DNA of 64,000 nt from Alphaproteobacteria bacterium. GTDB taxonomy: Bacteria; Pseudomonadota; Alphaproteobacteria; CAAGCB01; CAG-977. Below, piece by piece: positions 30,416 to 43,000 of the stretch (positions are counted from its first letter, which is position 1; every line of letters begins with the position of its first letter). The notes under the pieces are model-generated. The model had not been told where the DNA came from and searched no databases. It was given only the letters and a program-made list of their open reading frames with translations. The stretch is from positions 4,682 to 68,681 of the forward strand of contig CAAGEK010000064.1 in assembly GCA_900768845.1 (NCBI GenBank), given 5' to 3'. The position numbers were made by a program, and so were the translations under genes.

Positions 30416-33211
30416 ATGGCTAATTTTTTAAAAAATCCGGAACGCTTCGCCTTGTTTGAACATTTCCATTCGCATATCGAAAAATTCAGCCCGTATTTGA
30501 CGGCTTTGACCCGTTTGAACGGCGATGTTTTGGACGAAGCCGGACGGAACGGATGCGACAGAACCTTTAAAAGACTGTTGCGTCAGGGGATGGAGGCTCT
30601 GTACGCGGAAACGGACGGGGAAGCCGTTTCCAAAGGCTTGCGCAATTTGAAAAAACGGGCGGCGTTGCTGGCGGCCGCGGCGGATATTGAAGGTGTTTGG
30701 AGTACGGAACGTTTGATGCGCGCTTTGTCGGCTTTGGCGGAAGTTTGCGTGCGCATCGCCGTTTCATTCGTATTGCGGCGGGCGGCGCAAAGGGGGGAGA
30801 TCGCCCTTTCCGATTCTTTGAATCCTGAAAAGGGATGCGGATTTTTCATTTTGGCGATGGGAAAGCTGGGAGGGCGCGAACTGAATTATTCTTCGGACAT
30901 AGATTTGATCGCGCTTTTCGATGCTCAAAAGGTTTCGTGTACCGGAAAAAGGGATGCGGGCAGTCTGTTCGTCCGTATGACAAAGGAAATCATCGCATTG
31001 TTGGAGGAACGGACGGCGGACGGATATGTCTTCCGGACGGATTTGCGATTGCGTCCCGATCCGGGGTCGACTCCCGTTGCCGTTTCGACGACCGCGGCGG
31101 AGTATTATTATGAAAGCTTCGCCCAAAACTGGGAGCGTGCGGCGTTTATCAAAGCGCGCCCCGTTGCGGGCGATAAAGAGGCGGCAAGGGTGTTTTTAAA
31201 AACGGTGCGCCCGTTCGTGTGGCGCAGAACGTCCGATTTTTACGTTTTGGAACAAATCCGGTCTTTGAAATATTCCTTTTCGGTTTCGTCGCCGGACGAT
31301 TCCAACCTGTCCGGACGGAACATCAAGCTGGGACGCGGGGGAATCCGCGAAATAGAGTTTTTCACACAGTTGCAACAGCTTTTGTGGGGCGGCAGGGACG
31401 CCCGTTTGCGTTCCCGTTCGACTTTGAACGCTTTGGACGCTTTGCACAAGGCGGGATGGGTTTCCGTCGGGGATCGCGACGGTTTGCGCCGCGCCTATCT
31501 TTTTTTGCGCAAAGTCGAACACCGTTTGCAAATGGAAGCCGATGAACAGACGCAAACTTTGCCCGACGACAAAGCGGATTTGGAACGTCTGGCCTTGTTT
31601 TCGGGGTTTGAAAGCCTTGAGAGTTTTAAGGAAGAATTGTTGAAGCATATGAAATGCGTCTGTCGGGCGTATGAAACCCTGTTCGCGGACGAAGAGGGCG
31701 ATAAAGCGGAACGTTGGTCTTTCGGCGGAACGGAGTTGCCTTTGGAAACGGCGGAGCGGTTGAAAGAGCTGGGATTCACCCGATTGGATTTCATTGCCGA
31801 CGCCGTGCGCGGGTGGCTGTCGGGACGGTATCGGGCGTTTCGCAGCGAAAGGGCGCGGGCATTGATGGAATCTTTGCTTGTTCCCGTGTTTCGCGCTTTG
31901 GGAAAAACCGGAAACGCCGACGGGGCTTTTATCAGGTTCGACGATTTTTTAAAAGGTCTGCCGGCGGGGATTCAGCTGTTTTCCCTGTTTCAATCGCGTC
32001 CGGCTTTGCTGGATCTGACGGCTCAAGCGACGGCCGTGTCGTCGTATCTGTCGTCTTGTTTGATGCATTCGCCGGATTTGTTTGACGCGGTGCTGTCCCC
32101 CGATTTTTTCGCTCCGTTCGTCGATGCGCGGACATTGGGGCGAATGGCGCAAAAACAGGCGGAAAACGGCGGGGATTTAGAGCGAACCCTCGATTTGCTC
32201 AGGCGTTTTACGCGTGAACAGAAATTCAAGTGCGGTGTGCGTTTTTTACGCGGAACCGATGATTCCGCCGCCGTCGGAAAAAATCTGGCCGATTTGGCTC
32301 AAGCGGCTTTGAGCGTTTTGTGCCCCGCCGTCAAAGAAGAATTTGAAAAGCGTTACGGAGTGATACGGGAATCTTCGTTTGCCGTCGCCGTGATGGGAAA
32401 AGCGGGCAGTCGGGAAATGAATTTCCGTTCGGATTTGGATCTTTTGTTTTTATATGATTCTTCTCCCGACGCCGTGTCTTCGGGCGGTCGTACGGAATTG
32501 CCGGCAGGGGTGTATTTCGCCCGTTTGGCGCAACGTTTCGTCAGCGCGCTTACCGCAAACGCAAAGGAAGGAGTGTTGTGGGCGGCCGATATGCGTTTGC
32601 GTCCGTCGGGCAATGCAGGCCCCGTCGCGGTTTCTTTGGAGGCTTTTCAACGGTATTACTCTTCGGATGCGTGGACATGGGAAAAGATGGCCATGACGAA
32701 AGCCCGAATCGTTTGGGGGGATGCTCCGGCATTTCAAAAACACATTCAGGCGGTTTTACAGCAAAACGTTCCCGAAAAAAAATTGCGCGCCGACGTTGCG
32801 GAAATGTATGCCCGCGTCATCGAAGCCCATCCGGCGAAATCCGTTTGGGATGTGAAATATACGGACGGCGGGATGGTTGACATAGAATTTTCCGTACAGT
32901 TCTTGCAACTCCGTTACGGAGCGGAACATCCGGAATTGTTGCGGCACGCGGTTACCCCCGTTTTGGAAACGGCCGCGAGAAAAGGCCTGATCAGTCGGGA
33001 AACGTTTACGGTTTTAAATTCCGCGTATCGTTTGTGGCAGGATTTGTCCGTGCTGTTTTCCCTGTGCTTGGATGAAAATGAAACGCCGTCCGGAAATACG
33101 GGCGGCGCAAATGAAAAAATATGCCGGTTATGCAATGTTTCCGACCTGTCCGAAGCCGTCCGGAAGATCCGGCAAACGGCTGAACGGGCGGCGTCATACC
33201 GGCTCTTCTGA
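30416..33211 (+). CDS. glnE: bifunctional glutamine-synthetase adenylyltransferase/adenylyl-removing enzyme
   Basis: The 931-aa ORF has two nucleotidyltransferase domains (GKLGGRELNYSSDIDL...; GKAGSREMNFRSDLDL...) and is linked to glnB-glnA. Confidence 0.85.
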   Translation: MANFLKNPERFALFEHFHSHIEKFSPYLTALTRLNGDVLDEAGRNGCDRTFKRLLRQGMEALYAETDGEAVSKGLRNLKKRAALLAAAADIEGVWSTERLMRALSALAEVCVRIAVSFVLRRAAQRGEIALSDSLNPEKGCGFFILAMGKLGGRELNYSSDIDLIALFDAQKVSCTGKRDAGSLFVRMTKEIIALLEERTADGYVFRTDLRLRPDPGSTPVAVSTTAAEYYYESFAQNWERAAFIKARPVAGDKEAARVFLKTVRPFVWRRTSDFYVLEQIRSLKYSFSVSSPDDSNLSGRNIKLGRGGIREIEFFTQLQQLLWGGRDARLRSRSTLNALDALHKAGWVSVGDRDGLRRAYLFLRKVEHRLQMEADEQTQTLPDDKADLERLALFSGFESLESFKEELLKHMKCVCRAYETLFADEEGDKAERWSFGGTELPLETAERLKELGFTRLDFIADAVRGWLSGRYRAFRSERARALMESLLVPVFRALGKTGNADGAFIRFDDFLKGLPAGIQLFSLFQSRPALLDLTAQATAVSSYLSSCLMHSPDLFDAVLSPDFFAPFVDARTLGRMAQKQAENGGDLERTLDLLRRFTREQKFKCGVRFLRGTDDSAAVGKNLADLAQAALSVLCPAVKEEFEKRYGVIRESSFAVAVMGKAGSREMNFRSDLDLLFLYDSSPDAVSSGGRTELPAGVYFARLAQRFVSALTANAKEGVLWAADMRLRPSGNAGPVAVSLEAFQRYYSSDAWTWEKMAMTKARIVWGDAPAFQKHIQAVLQQNVPEKKLRADVAEMYARVIEAHPAKSVWDVKYTDGGMVDIEFSVQFLQLRYGAEHPELLRHAVTPVLETAARKGLISRETFTVLNSAYRLWQDLSVLFSLCLDENETPSGNTGGANEKICRLCNVSDLSEAVRKIRQTAERAASYRLF

Positions 33212-34483
33212 AATCGTCAAAGCCCCTTTCAAATGAACGGCCGCCTGTTCCGCCGTCGTTTCGTCGTTCGCATGGACGAACGCCAAAGGAACGTACGGGG
33301 AAACATACATCCCCGGTTTGCACATATTCGTGTATCCTGCGGCATAATCGATTTTCTGTTCCAAATATAAATGGCCGCCGCCCATCTGGATGACGGACAA
33401 ACCGATCCAACGGACATTCATGCTTTGGATATAGCCTTCTTTGTCGGCGAAAACGGGACGAATGATCTGAGCCGTCGGTAAAAAAGGCGACGGATTGCTC
33501 ATAAAGGACGAGGAAACACCCTGTTCGCACAGCATTTTTCCGAAATGTTCCGCGGCTTTGCCCGACGACAAAGCTTTTTCGATTTGTTCTTGCGCATCCT
33601 GCTCCGAAGCGGCCATTTTGTTTTGCAACAAGGATGCGGTGCAAAAACGGCAGACTTCTTTGTGCAATTCGGGATCGCGCTGACGCGGGGAAGCCGTCAG
33701 ATAAGACCATGTTTCCTGAATTTCCAATGCGTTTCCGATGCTGGAACCGATAATGCGGTTCATATCGGAACGGGTGAAGGCCGTATCGATTTCAAACGCC
33801 GTTGCGGCTTCGCGAATACTGGATTCGCAATTTGCCGCCTCTTCGTCCGTTTGGGTGAACGCCCCGCTGCCCGATTTGATGTCAACGGTCAAAGTCTTTA
33901 ATCCCGAAGCGATTTTTTTGGCCAGCATGGACATAATCAGCATGGGAATGCTGTTGACGGTGGCCGTCACGTCGCGAATGCCCTGAATGCGGCTGTCGGC
34001 GGGGACGATTTGATCCGTCGGCGACATGAAAGCGCATCCCGCACTTTTCAAGGTTCTGCGGAAACGGCTGAGCGACGGGCGGGAGGTAAACCCCCTGATG
34101 CCTTCCAGTTTGTCAAGCGAGCCGCCCGTATGATACAGCATCCTTTCGCAAATCATCGGAACGAATGCGCCGCAGGCCGCCATAATCGGAGCGGCGATGA
34201 TTTCCAGTTTGTCGCCGACCCCCGGCATGGCGCATAAACCGGCGACCGGTCCGTCCAAATCCGTTGCCGACCAATCCAGAACCATTCCCGTGTCGACGAT
34301 GGCGTTAATGAAATAAATCATTTCATCAGTGTCCATTCCGTTGATCAGCAAAGCCATCGTCATGGCGGCGATCTGTCCGTCGGCGATCGACCAATCGTCA
34401 ATGCCTTTGACAAACTCGTCAATCTCCTCTGCGCTCAGCTTTAATCCGTCGCGTTTTTTCCTGATAATTTCCTGTGGTAGCAT
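33194..34483 (-). CDS. thymidine/pyrimidine-nucleoside phosphorylase-family paralogue (divergent active-site motifs)
   Basis: The 429-aa ORF is co-linear with DeoA (MLPQEIIRKKRDG...HTGGSLDKLEGIRGF), but the DKHSTGG and [10 protein letters not shown] motifs of canonical DeoA read GLCAMPG and CERMLYHTGG. Confidence 0.6.
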   Translation of the reverse strand: MLPQEIIRKKRDGLKLSAEEIDEFVKGIDDWSIADGQIAAMTMALLINGMDTDEMIYFINAIVDTGMVLDWSATDLDGPVAGLCAMPGVGDKLEIIAAPIMAACGAFVPMICERMLYHTGGSLDKLEGIRGFTSRPSLSRFRRTLKSAGCAFMSPTDQIVPADSRIQGIRDVTATVNSIPMLIMSMLAKKIASGLKTLTVDIKSGSGAFTQTDEEAANCESSIREAATAFEIDTAFTRSDMNRIIGSSIGNALEIQETWSYLTASPRQRDPELHKEVCRFCTASLLQNKMAASEQDAQEQIEKALSSGKAAEHFGKMLCEQGVSSSFMSNPSPFLPTAQIIRPVFADKEGYIQSMNVRWIGLSVIQMGGGHLYLEQKIDYAAGYTNMCKPGMYVSPYVPLAFVHANDETTAEQAAVHLKGALTISEEPV

Positions 34484-34550
34484 ATAACAGTTTCCGGTGA
34501 TGTGAAAAATCCGTACGAAAAGGGCATCCGTAAAGATGCCCTTGTCGTTT

Positions 34551-35771
34551 TTATTTCAAAAAGGACGTTCCGTCTTCGCTTGACGGTAAACCGAAGTAAT
34601 CGGCGATTGTCTGGCCGATGTCGGCATAGGTTTCGCGGCATCCGATGTAACGCGGTTTGATGTTCGGGCCGAACATGATGACAGGCACGTGCTCGCGTGT
34701 GTGATCCGTTCCTTTGTACGTCGGATCGCAACCGTGGTCGGCGGTGATGAAAACGATGTCGCCGTCCTTTAATTCCTTCATCAATTCGGGCAGACGGCTG
34801 TCGAAATATTCCAATCCCGCCGCATATCCCGAAACATCGCGACGGTGGCCGTACATCATGTCGAAATCGACAAAGTTCGGAAAGATGATCGTGCGGTCGC
34901 CGGCGGTTTTAACCTGTTCCAAAGTCCGGTCGAAAATTTCCGGCAATCCCGAAGCTTTGACGGCCTTGGTAATGCCTTGAGCCGCGAAAATATCGCTGAT
35001 TTTCCCGATGGAAACGACCTCTCCGCCCGCCGCTTTCATTTTATCCAAAACGGTGGGGGCGGGGGGCAATACGGAATAGTCGTGGCGGCCGGCCGTACGT
35101 TTGAACGTTTCCTTGGTTTCGCCTTCAAACGGGCGTGCGATGACGCGGGCGATGTTGTATTTGTCAACCAGCTTGCGTGCGATTTTGCAAATCTCGTACA
35201 AACGTTCCAAACCGAAATGCTTTTCATGGGCGCATATCTGGAAAACGCTGTCCGCCGAAGTGTAAACGATCGGCTTTCCCGTTTTGATGTGTTCTTCGCC
35301 CAACTCTTCCAAAATGACCGTTCCGGACGAAGCTTTGTTTCCCAAAACGCCGGGGATTTTCGCTTCCTTGACGAACTCCTCTATCAGTTCTTCGGGAAAG
35401 CTGGGATATTCGGGCGGGAAGTAGCCCCAATTGAAACGGACGGGAACGCCGGCCATTTCCCAATGGCCGCTGGACGTGTCCTTGCCTTTGCTGATTTCTT
35501 TGGAATAGCCGTAAACGCCGGTGATTTCCGATACGGGGATTTCCAAATTCGGAGCGTATTCGCCGTTGCATTGCTTGTACAACTCGCCCAACCCCAATTT
35601 AACCATATTCGGGACTTTCAACGCGCCCGAACGGTTGTTTTCGGCTTTGCCTTCCGCACAGGATTTGGCAATGTGCCCCAGCGTATCCGCGCCGGTATCG
35701 CCGAAATCCGCCGCATCGGGAGCTTCTCCGACGCCGAAGGAATCCAACATTAAGATTATTGCCCGTTTCAT
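34551..35771 (-). CDS. deoB: phosphopentomutase
   Basis: The 406-aa ORF has [20 protein letters not shown]...DHGCDPT, the alkaline-phosphatase-superfamily phosphopentomutase signature. Confidence 0.9.
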   Translation of the reverse strand: MKRAIILMLDSFGVGEAPDAADFGDTGADTLGHIAKSCAEGKAENNRSGALKVPNMVKLGLGELYKQCNGEYAPNLEIPVSEITGVYGYSKEISKGKDTSSGHWEMAGVPVRFNWGYFPPEYPSFPEELIEEFVKEAKIPGVLGNKASSGTVILEELGEEHIKTGKPIVYTSADSVFQICAHEKHFGLERLYEICKIARKLVDKYNIARVIARPFEGETKETFKRTAGRHDYSVLPPAPTVLDKMKAAGGEVVSIGKISDIFAAQGITKAVKASGLPEIFDRTLEQVKTAGDRTIIFPNFVDFDMMYGHRRDVSGYAAGLEYFDSRLPELMKELKDGDIVFITADHGCDPTYKGTDHTREHVPVIMFGPNIKPRYIGCRETYADIGQTIADYFGLPSSEDGTSFLK

Positions 35772-35791
35772 TTTTTCATCCTTTGATTCAA

Positions 35792-37111
35792 TTATCCGGT
35801 AATCGTTTCGATGACGGCCGAAGCTTCCTCGGGCGCGTCCGAAGACGTCCGTACAGCATTTTGCAACATTTGCCGCGCTTGGGCAAATGATTCTTCATCC
35901 GCGGCGCAAACGACGGCGATCGGGCGGTCTTTGTCCAACCGTTCCCCGATCCGCGCAAAATCCGTAAAGCCCACGGAATAATCCAACCTTTGATCGGGGG
36001 AGGTGCGCTGTCCGCCCAAAACCGTTACGGCCAAACCGACTTCGCGGGTGTCGAGTCCGCTGAGGAATCCCTCCTGTTGCGCATAAACAGGGCGGCAGAC
36101 GGTGGCTTTGGGCAGGTATTTCCAAACGTCGTCCGTAAAATCCGCAGGGCCGCCCAGAGCCGCGGTCATCTTGGCGAATTTTTCCAACGCCGCGCCGCTG
36201 TCCAACGCCTTTTCCAGCTTGTCCCGCGCTTCTTCACGCGAAGAAGCCAGCCCTTTCAGCATCAACGCTTCGACACACAAGGCCATGGTGACTTCGTGCA
36301 GTCGCGAATCTCTGGCCTCTCCTTTTAAATAGGCGACCGCTTCGGCGACTTCAAGAGCGTTGCCGACGGTTCGACCCAACACCTGATTCATATCGGTCAG
36401 AATCGCGTGGGCGGGCGTTCCCGCGCCGGCGGCGACGCCGACGATCATTTTCGCCAACGTTCGTGCGTCGTCGATATTGCTCATGAACGCCCCGTTCCCG
36501 CATTTCAAATCCATGACCAGAGCATCCAATCCGGCGGCCAGTTTTTTGGACAGGATCGACGCCGTAATCAACGGAATCGATTCCACGGTCGATGTAACAT
36601 CACGCACCGCGTAAATGCGTTTGTCGGCGGGAGCCAGATCCCCCGTCTGGCCGATGACGGCACATCCGACTTCTTTGGTGACCTTTTTGAACCGTTGCGT
36701 ATCGGGAACGGTGATATAGCCGGGAATGCTGTCGAATTTATCGAGCGTTCCTCCGGTATGTCCCAACCCGCGTCCCGAAATCATGGGAACGTAACCTCCG
36801 CAGGCGGCAATCATCGGAGCTAGCATCAGGCTGACCTTGTCGCCGACGCCGCCTGTCGAATGTTTGTCCAGCACGGGGCCGTCGAAATCGCAATCGTCCC
36901 ATTTCAGCATTTCCCCCGAACGGGTCATTGCCATTGTCAGGGCGACGGTTTCGTCGGTTTCCATGCCTTTCAGGTAAACCGCCATGACAAACGCCGCGAT
37001 TTGACATTCGGAAACGGACCAGTTCGTCACGCCGCGGATGAAATATTCGATTTCATCCGCACTCAACTTGCGTCCGTCCCGCTTGTGCCGGATAACCTCC
37101 TGCGGAAGCAT
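35792..37111 (-). CDS. deoA: thymidine phosphorylase
   Basis: It is near-identical in motif content to E. coli DeoA ([51 protein letters not shown]). The start at [13 protein letters not shown] (37111) was chosen by homology. Confidence 0.85.
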   Translation of the reverse strand: MLPQEVIRHKRDGRKLSADEIEYFIRGVTNWSVSECQIAAFVMAVYLKGMETDETVALTMAMTRSGEMLKWDDCDFDGPVLDKHSTGGVGDKVSLMLAPMIAACGGYVPMISGRGLGHTGGTLDKFDSIPGYITVPDTQRFKKVTKEVGCAVIGQTGDLAPADKRIYAVRDVTSTVESIPLITASILSKKLAAGLDALVMDLKCGNGAFMSNIDDARTLAKMIVGVAAGAGTPAHAILTDMNQVLGRTVGNALEVAEAVAYLKGEARDSRLHEVTMALCVEALMLKGLASSREEARDKLEKALDSGAALEKFAKMTAALGGPADFTDDVWKYLPKATVCRPVYAQQEGFLSGLDTREVGLAVTVLGGQRTSPDQRLDYSVGFTDFARIGERLDKDRPIAVVCAADEESFAQARQMLQNAVRTSSDAPEEASAVIETITG

Positions 37112-37112
37112 A

Positions 37113-37880
37113 TCAGTACCCTTCTTTAGCCGGTTCGGAAGCCGCGGAGAACCCCGCGGAAGCCAAAAGGCTGTCACGCAGGCCGCTTGCGCCGAAACGG
37201 AACGTCATCAATCCCGCCCATTTGGGCCCCATGATTTTATCGGCCAAAGTCATATAGTCAACCGCCTGCTCCGTCGTGCGGACGCCGCCCGAAGCTTTGA
37301 AACCGACGGGTTTTCCTGATTCGCGGATGACTTCCAACATGGCGTTCGCGGCTTCCAAAGTCGCCGAAACGGGCGTTTTTCCCGTTGATGTTTTGATGAA
37401 ATCAGCACCGCATTCGATCGACAGGCGGCTGGCTTCGGAAATGATGTTCGCGTGTTCCAAAACGCCGCTTTCGATGATGACTTTCATGATTTTGCCTTCG
37501 CACGCTTTGCGCGTCGCGTCCAAAACGGCTTTAGCCGCGGCCAAATCGCCGTCCATAAAAGCCTTGTAAGGCAAAACGACGTCGATTTCATCGGCTCCGT
37601 CGGCGACGGATTGTTCCGTTTCGGCGACGACGGCCTCAACGTCCGTTCCTCCGTGCGGGAAATTGACGACGGTGGCGACGCGGACGGGCGTTCCCTTCAA
37701 TTCCTTTTTGGCCAGTTTGACAAAACGCGGCCAGACGCAAACGGCGGCGGTATGTCCGAATTCGCCGTGAGCCTTCGCGCACAAACCGATGATCGTTTCA
37801 TCGGTGTCCGTATCGTTCAGACTGGTCAAATCCAATAATCCCAAAGCTCTCAGAGCCTGTTCCTTCATCATGGTATCCAT
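37113..37880 (-). CDS. deoC: deoxyribose-phosphate aldolase (class I, long form)
   Basis: The 255-aa ORF has the FIKTSTGK Schiff-base lysine region. Confidence 0.9.
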   Translation of the reverse strand: MDTMMKEQALRALGLLDLTSLNDTDTDETIIGLCAKAHGEFGHTAAVCVWPRFVKLAKKELKGTPVRVATVVNFPHGGTDVEAVVAETEQSVADGADEIDVVLPYKAFMDGDLAAAKAVLDATRKACEGKIMKVIIESGVLEHANIISEASRLSIECGADFIKTSTGKTPVSATLEAANAMLEVIRESGKPVGFKASGGVRTTEQAVDYMTLADKIMGPKWAGLMTFRFGASGLRDSLLASAGFSAASEPAKEGY

Positions 37881-37881
37881 A

Positions 37882-38697
37882 TCAAATCTCCGTAACCAGA
37901 CGCGTGATGACGCGTTGTAATTTCTTGCCGGCTTCGTTCGCCTGAGCCAAAGTTTCTTCGTGCGTTTGCTTTTCGTTGACCATACCCGCGCCGTAATTCG
38001 TGATGACGGATACGCCGGCGACTTTCATTCCGCAGTGAATGGCGCACAATGTTTCGGAAACGGTCGACATACCGACGGCGTTCGCCCCCATCATTCTGAA
38101 CATCATGATTTCAGCCGGCGTTTCAAAGTTCGGCCCCGAGGTCATCAGGTAAACGCCCATATACATATTGACGCCTTCCTTTTCGGCGGCTTCAATCATC
38201 TTTTTGCGCATTTCCGCGTCGTAAGCGTAAGTCATATCGGGGAAGCGGGGGCCGAATTCCTCGTCGTTCGGGCCGATTAAGGGATTGCATCCCGACAGGT
38301 TGATGTGGTCGGAAATGACCATCAGGCTTCCGGGGCCCATATCGCTGTTCAACGACCCCGCCGCGTTCGTCAGGATCATCTTTTCGATGCCGACCTTTTT
38401 ATAGGCGCGGATGACCAAAGCCAAAGACGCGGGGCTGTGGCCTTCGTAGAAATGGACGCGCCCCTGCATGCACAGGACGTCGACGCCGTTGAGCTTGCCG
38501 ATCACCAAACGCCCCGCGTGTCCGGAAACGGTGGAACGGGGGAAACCGTCGATTTCTTCGTAAGGGATAATGACGGGGTTTTCAATGGCGTCGGCCATAC
38601 CGCCCAGACCGCTTCCTAAAATGATGCCGATTTTCGGACGATAGTTGCCGATTTTGGCTTTGATCTGGCTTGCGACCTGATTGATAGTTTCTTTCAT
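37882..38697 (-). CDS. purine nucleoside phosphorylase (trimeric PNP-I/PunA family)
   Basis: The 271-aa ORF has GIILGSGLG...HAGRLVIG...VGMSTVSE motifs. Confidence 0.85.
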   Translation of the reverse strand: MKETINQVASQIKAKIGNYRPKIGIILGSGLGGMADAIENPVIIPYEEIDGFPRSTVSGHAGRLVIGKLNGVDVLCMQGRVHFYEGHSPASLALVIRAYKKVGIEKMILTNAAGSLNSDMGPGSLMVISDHINLSGCNPLIGPNDEEFGPRFPDMTYAYDAEMRKKMIEAAEKEGVNMYMGVYLMTSGPNFETPAEIMMFRMMGANAVGMSTVSETLCAIHCGMKVAGVSVITNYGAGMVNEKQTHEETLAQANEAGKKLQRVITRLVTEI

Positions 38698-38725
38698 AGC
38701 ATCCTCTATTATTGATTACGACGGT

Positions 38726-39136
38726 TTAAGGGTCAAGGTTTTCGGGTCCGAACGAAACCGGTAAAAGTTCGGACAGGGAAAGGGTTTTGCGCACGCCGTT
38801 CCTGTCACAGATGTGGACAAGCGTTTCCGGAGTTGCGAATTCGCGGATTCTCTGACGGCACGCGCCGCACGGGGAAACGAGGTTTTCTCCGTTGCCCATG
38901 ACGACGATTTCCTTGATTTTCGTATCTCCGCCCAAAATCATGGCGGAAACCGCGCCTTGTTCGGCGCACGAACCGGAAGGATAAGCCGCGTTTTCGACGT
39001 TGCATCCGGCATACAGCTTTCCGCTTTGCGCACGAATGACGGCTCCGACGCAAAAACGCGAATAAGGGGCGTATGCCTTGTCCATTGCGTCGCGTGCCGC
39101 CTGAAGCATTTCATTCAACGTATCCATTGTGTTCAA
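38726..39136 (-). CDS. cdd: cytidine deaminase
   Basis: The 136-aa ORF has the CAEQGAV...PCGACRQ zinc-ligand motifs of homotetrameric Cdd. Confidence 0.85.
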   Translation of the reverse strand: MNTMDTLNEMLQAARDAMDKAYAPYSRFCVGAVIRAQSGKLYAGCNVENAAYPSGSCAEQGAVSAMILGGDTKIKEIVVMGNGENLVSPCGACRQRIREFATPETLVHICDRNGVRKTLSLSELLPVSFGPENLDP

Positions 39137-39286
39137 TCCTCAGTGTTTCCCGTACGCCGGTACGGGTAAATTATTAAAGTAATAACAGAAATTTTGCCGT
39201 TAGCCATCATTTTTTTACATCCCGACCGCCATATCGTCCGCCGGAGGTGAAAAAAACGTTGGTTTTCGGCGCGCCGTATTTTATAA

Positions 39287-39985
<699 letters not shown>

Positions 39986-40014
39986 ATTTGTTATACTGAC
40001 CGGAATCGGTTCAT

Positions 40015-43000
40015 TTGGCGGAGGGGGTCTGCGTGAAAAAGACGCTTTTAATCGTGTTCGTTGTTTTGGTTTTGTTGGGCGGCGGCGTTTATTTCGTACT
40101 GCCGACAACGATCAATTGGGAAAAATACACGCAGGAAGTATCGGCCGCCGTTAAAAACGCGACGGGACGTTCGTTGAGCATTCAGGGAACGCCCGTGTTT
40201 ACGATGCGTCCCGTTCCCGTGTTGAAGCTGGGCAAGCTTACGATGGCCAACGCGACGGGGGCTTCCATGCCCAATATGATGACGGCGGAAGGCGCGGAAA
40301 TCCAGTTTGATGCGGGGGCTTTGTTCCGGCGTCAAACCAAAATCAAAAAGGTGACGTTGCATTCGCCGAAATTCTTTGTCGAATATCTGCAGGACGGCAC
40401 GCCGAACTGGCAGCCGGCTTTTCTGTTGCGCGCCCCGTCGGGAAAGGGCGTCGGGTTTGAAAGCCTGATGGTCAAAAACGGTTCCGCCCTTGTCCGTCCC
40501 GACAAATATTCCGATGCTCAAAACTGGAATGACATCAATGCGGAGCTTTTCGCCGACAGCCTTCAAGGGCCGTTCTTTTTGGAAGGAAATCTGGCGGCGT
40601 TGTCCACGACGTTCGGTTTTTCCATGAAAATCGAAAAAATCGAAGCGGGGCGTTCTCCCGAATTCGACCTGCGTCTGACGAATGCTCCCGCCGAGGCGTC
40701 TTTTTCCTTTACCGGCGGTTACGGGGCGAAGGACGGCGACAAGGATTCTCTGGAAGGCAACGTCAATTTTGAAATCCGTCAAACGGCTAGGGCGGCGCAG
40801 TTCCTGTCCCCGGAGTCCAAATCCCTTCCGGCCGGTTTGTTCCAACCGCTGGTCGGGAATATGATCGTAAAAAACAATTCCGCGAACAGGACGACGGAAT
40901 TCAGCGAAGTGCTGTTCAAATACGGAACGTCGTCGGCGACGGGCAAATTCACCGTCCGCCGTTTAAGTCCCGAGGAAAAGGCCGCGCTGGAGGACGGCAG
41001 GTATCGTCCCGCGCAAGCGGCCGGTTCGCCGGCGAAGGACGCAGACGGGGAAGACGATATCATGCTGATTGATCCCGACCATCCCGAAACACGCGTTTCG
41101 TTGGCGGGGTTGCCTGAAAAGCTGAACATTCATGAAAATTCCCTGCCGAAAATCATCAAAGGCGATTTCCTGTTTTCCAAATTCGCCGCGGACGTATGGG
41201 TGAAAAATTTTCCGGCTCTGGTTGACGCGCTGTCTTCTTCAAACGGAGCGGGAGCTTCGGGTGACGAGTACGATTTGGACGTCGCTTTCGACACGGTCGA
41301 TTTGAATCGGGATTTGGTGCGTCAGGCGAAAGTGACGCTTACCGACGATCCCAAAGGCATTAAATTCGCCGGTTTGCGTGCGTCTTTGCCGGGGAACGGA
41401 AGCATTGAAGGCGACATCGTCCTGCAAACGGATTCAAAACAGCCCCTGTTGACGGGGAATGTGAAAATTTCCGCCGACAATACCGCCGCATTGTTGCGTT
41501 GGGCGGGCGTCGACGTGCCTGAAGAGATTCCTCAAAACCTGTTGCGTTCGATGGAAATGTCGACCGGTTTTAAATCGGCGAAAACGGGGATCATCCTTGA
41601 AAACACGGATCTTGCGCTGGATCGCATCAAAGCGAAAGGCGGCCTGAGCGTGCGATGGGAAGGGCGAAAAGCGGCGGCCGTCGTCGCCGATGTCAATGAA
41701 TTGGACTTTGACGTTTATTTCCCGAAATCCCGCGAACAGGCGGTGAAAACGCAAGAGGAATTTTTTTCGACGGCACTGACCCCTTCGCAAAAAGTCCGGC
41801 GTTTGTTCGATACTTTGGCGTTTTTAAACGATCGGGACGTTTCCGTGAAACTGAAAACCGGATCCCTTTCGTGGGGCGGTGTAAAAACGGGGGCGTTGAG
41901 CGCGGACGTTTCCGCCGTGCGCGGTTTTATGCAAATCAGGGATTTGTCGATAAAGGATTTTGCAACGGCGTCTTGGGAAGTCAAAGGCGGCGTTTCCGGT
42001 TTCGGCGGAGTTCCTTCATTTAAAAATCTGGCGGTGAATTTCGACACCAAGCGGCTGGGAGATTTCCTGAAAACGGCAGGGTTTGCGATGCCCAAAGAGC
42101 TGATGCGTTCGGATGCGTTGAACCTGGCCGCGGAAACGGACGGCACTTTGGATTTGTTCGATTTCGGCGCGGACGTCAGGATGGGCGGTTTTCGGGCGGT
42201 CGGAACGGGAAGTTTCCAAAACGCTCCCGATGATTCGGATTTTTCGGTGCAATTGAGTGTTTCTCACGAAAATACGCGGAACTTTATGCGCTTGTTTACG
42301 GACAAGTACCGTCCGGCGTTGTCAAACCCCGGAATGTTCAAAGGATCGGCTCACGTTTTGAAGAACGATAAGGTCGTCCAGTTGTCGGATATGACGGTCA
42401 GCATCGGAGAAAATACGTTCAAAGGCGCGCTGAAATACGATTGGTCGAAACAGCTTCCCGCTTTGTCCGTGCAATTGAATGCACAGGAATTGGAACCGTT
42501 TGCATTTTTGCCGCGTTTGAATTTTTTGGATCCGGCCGCCGTCAGTATTTCCGGTGATAAAAAGGACGCAAAGGACGATGCGGAATCAAACGGCAAGGGC
42601 TTTTTCACTCCTTTGGCAAAAACGTATGCGTTTCCGAAAGCTCCTTTGGATTTGTCGTTTTTGGGGAATTACAATGCCGACATACAGGTGAGATCCGATA
42701 AGCTGAAATTCGACAAACTGGTGTTGAATAACGTCGATTTGGCGTTGTTGTTGCAACCGTCCTTGTTCAAGCTGGACGTCCGCTATGCCGAATGGGAAGG
42801 GGCGAGCGTCGTATCCATCATCGATATAAAAACGCCGCAAGGACAGGTTCCGGCCGCACAGTGGCGGTTGCGTCTGGCCAATTTGTCCGGTCGCGAAAAC
42901 GTGTTCGGGCGTGACGGGAAGGATTTGTCGTTCGGTTCGATGACGATGGATATGAATTTGACCTCGCAAGGCAAAACGGCGCAGGATATGCTTGACGCCT

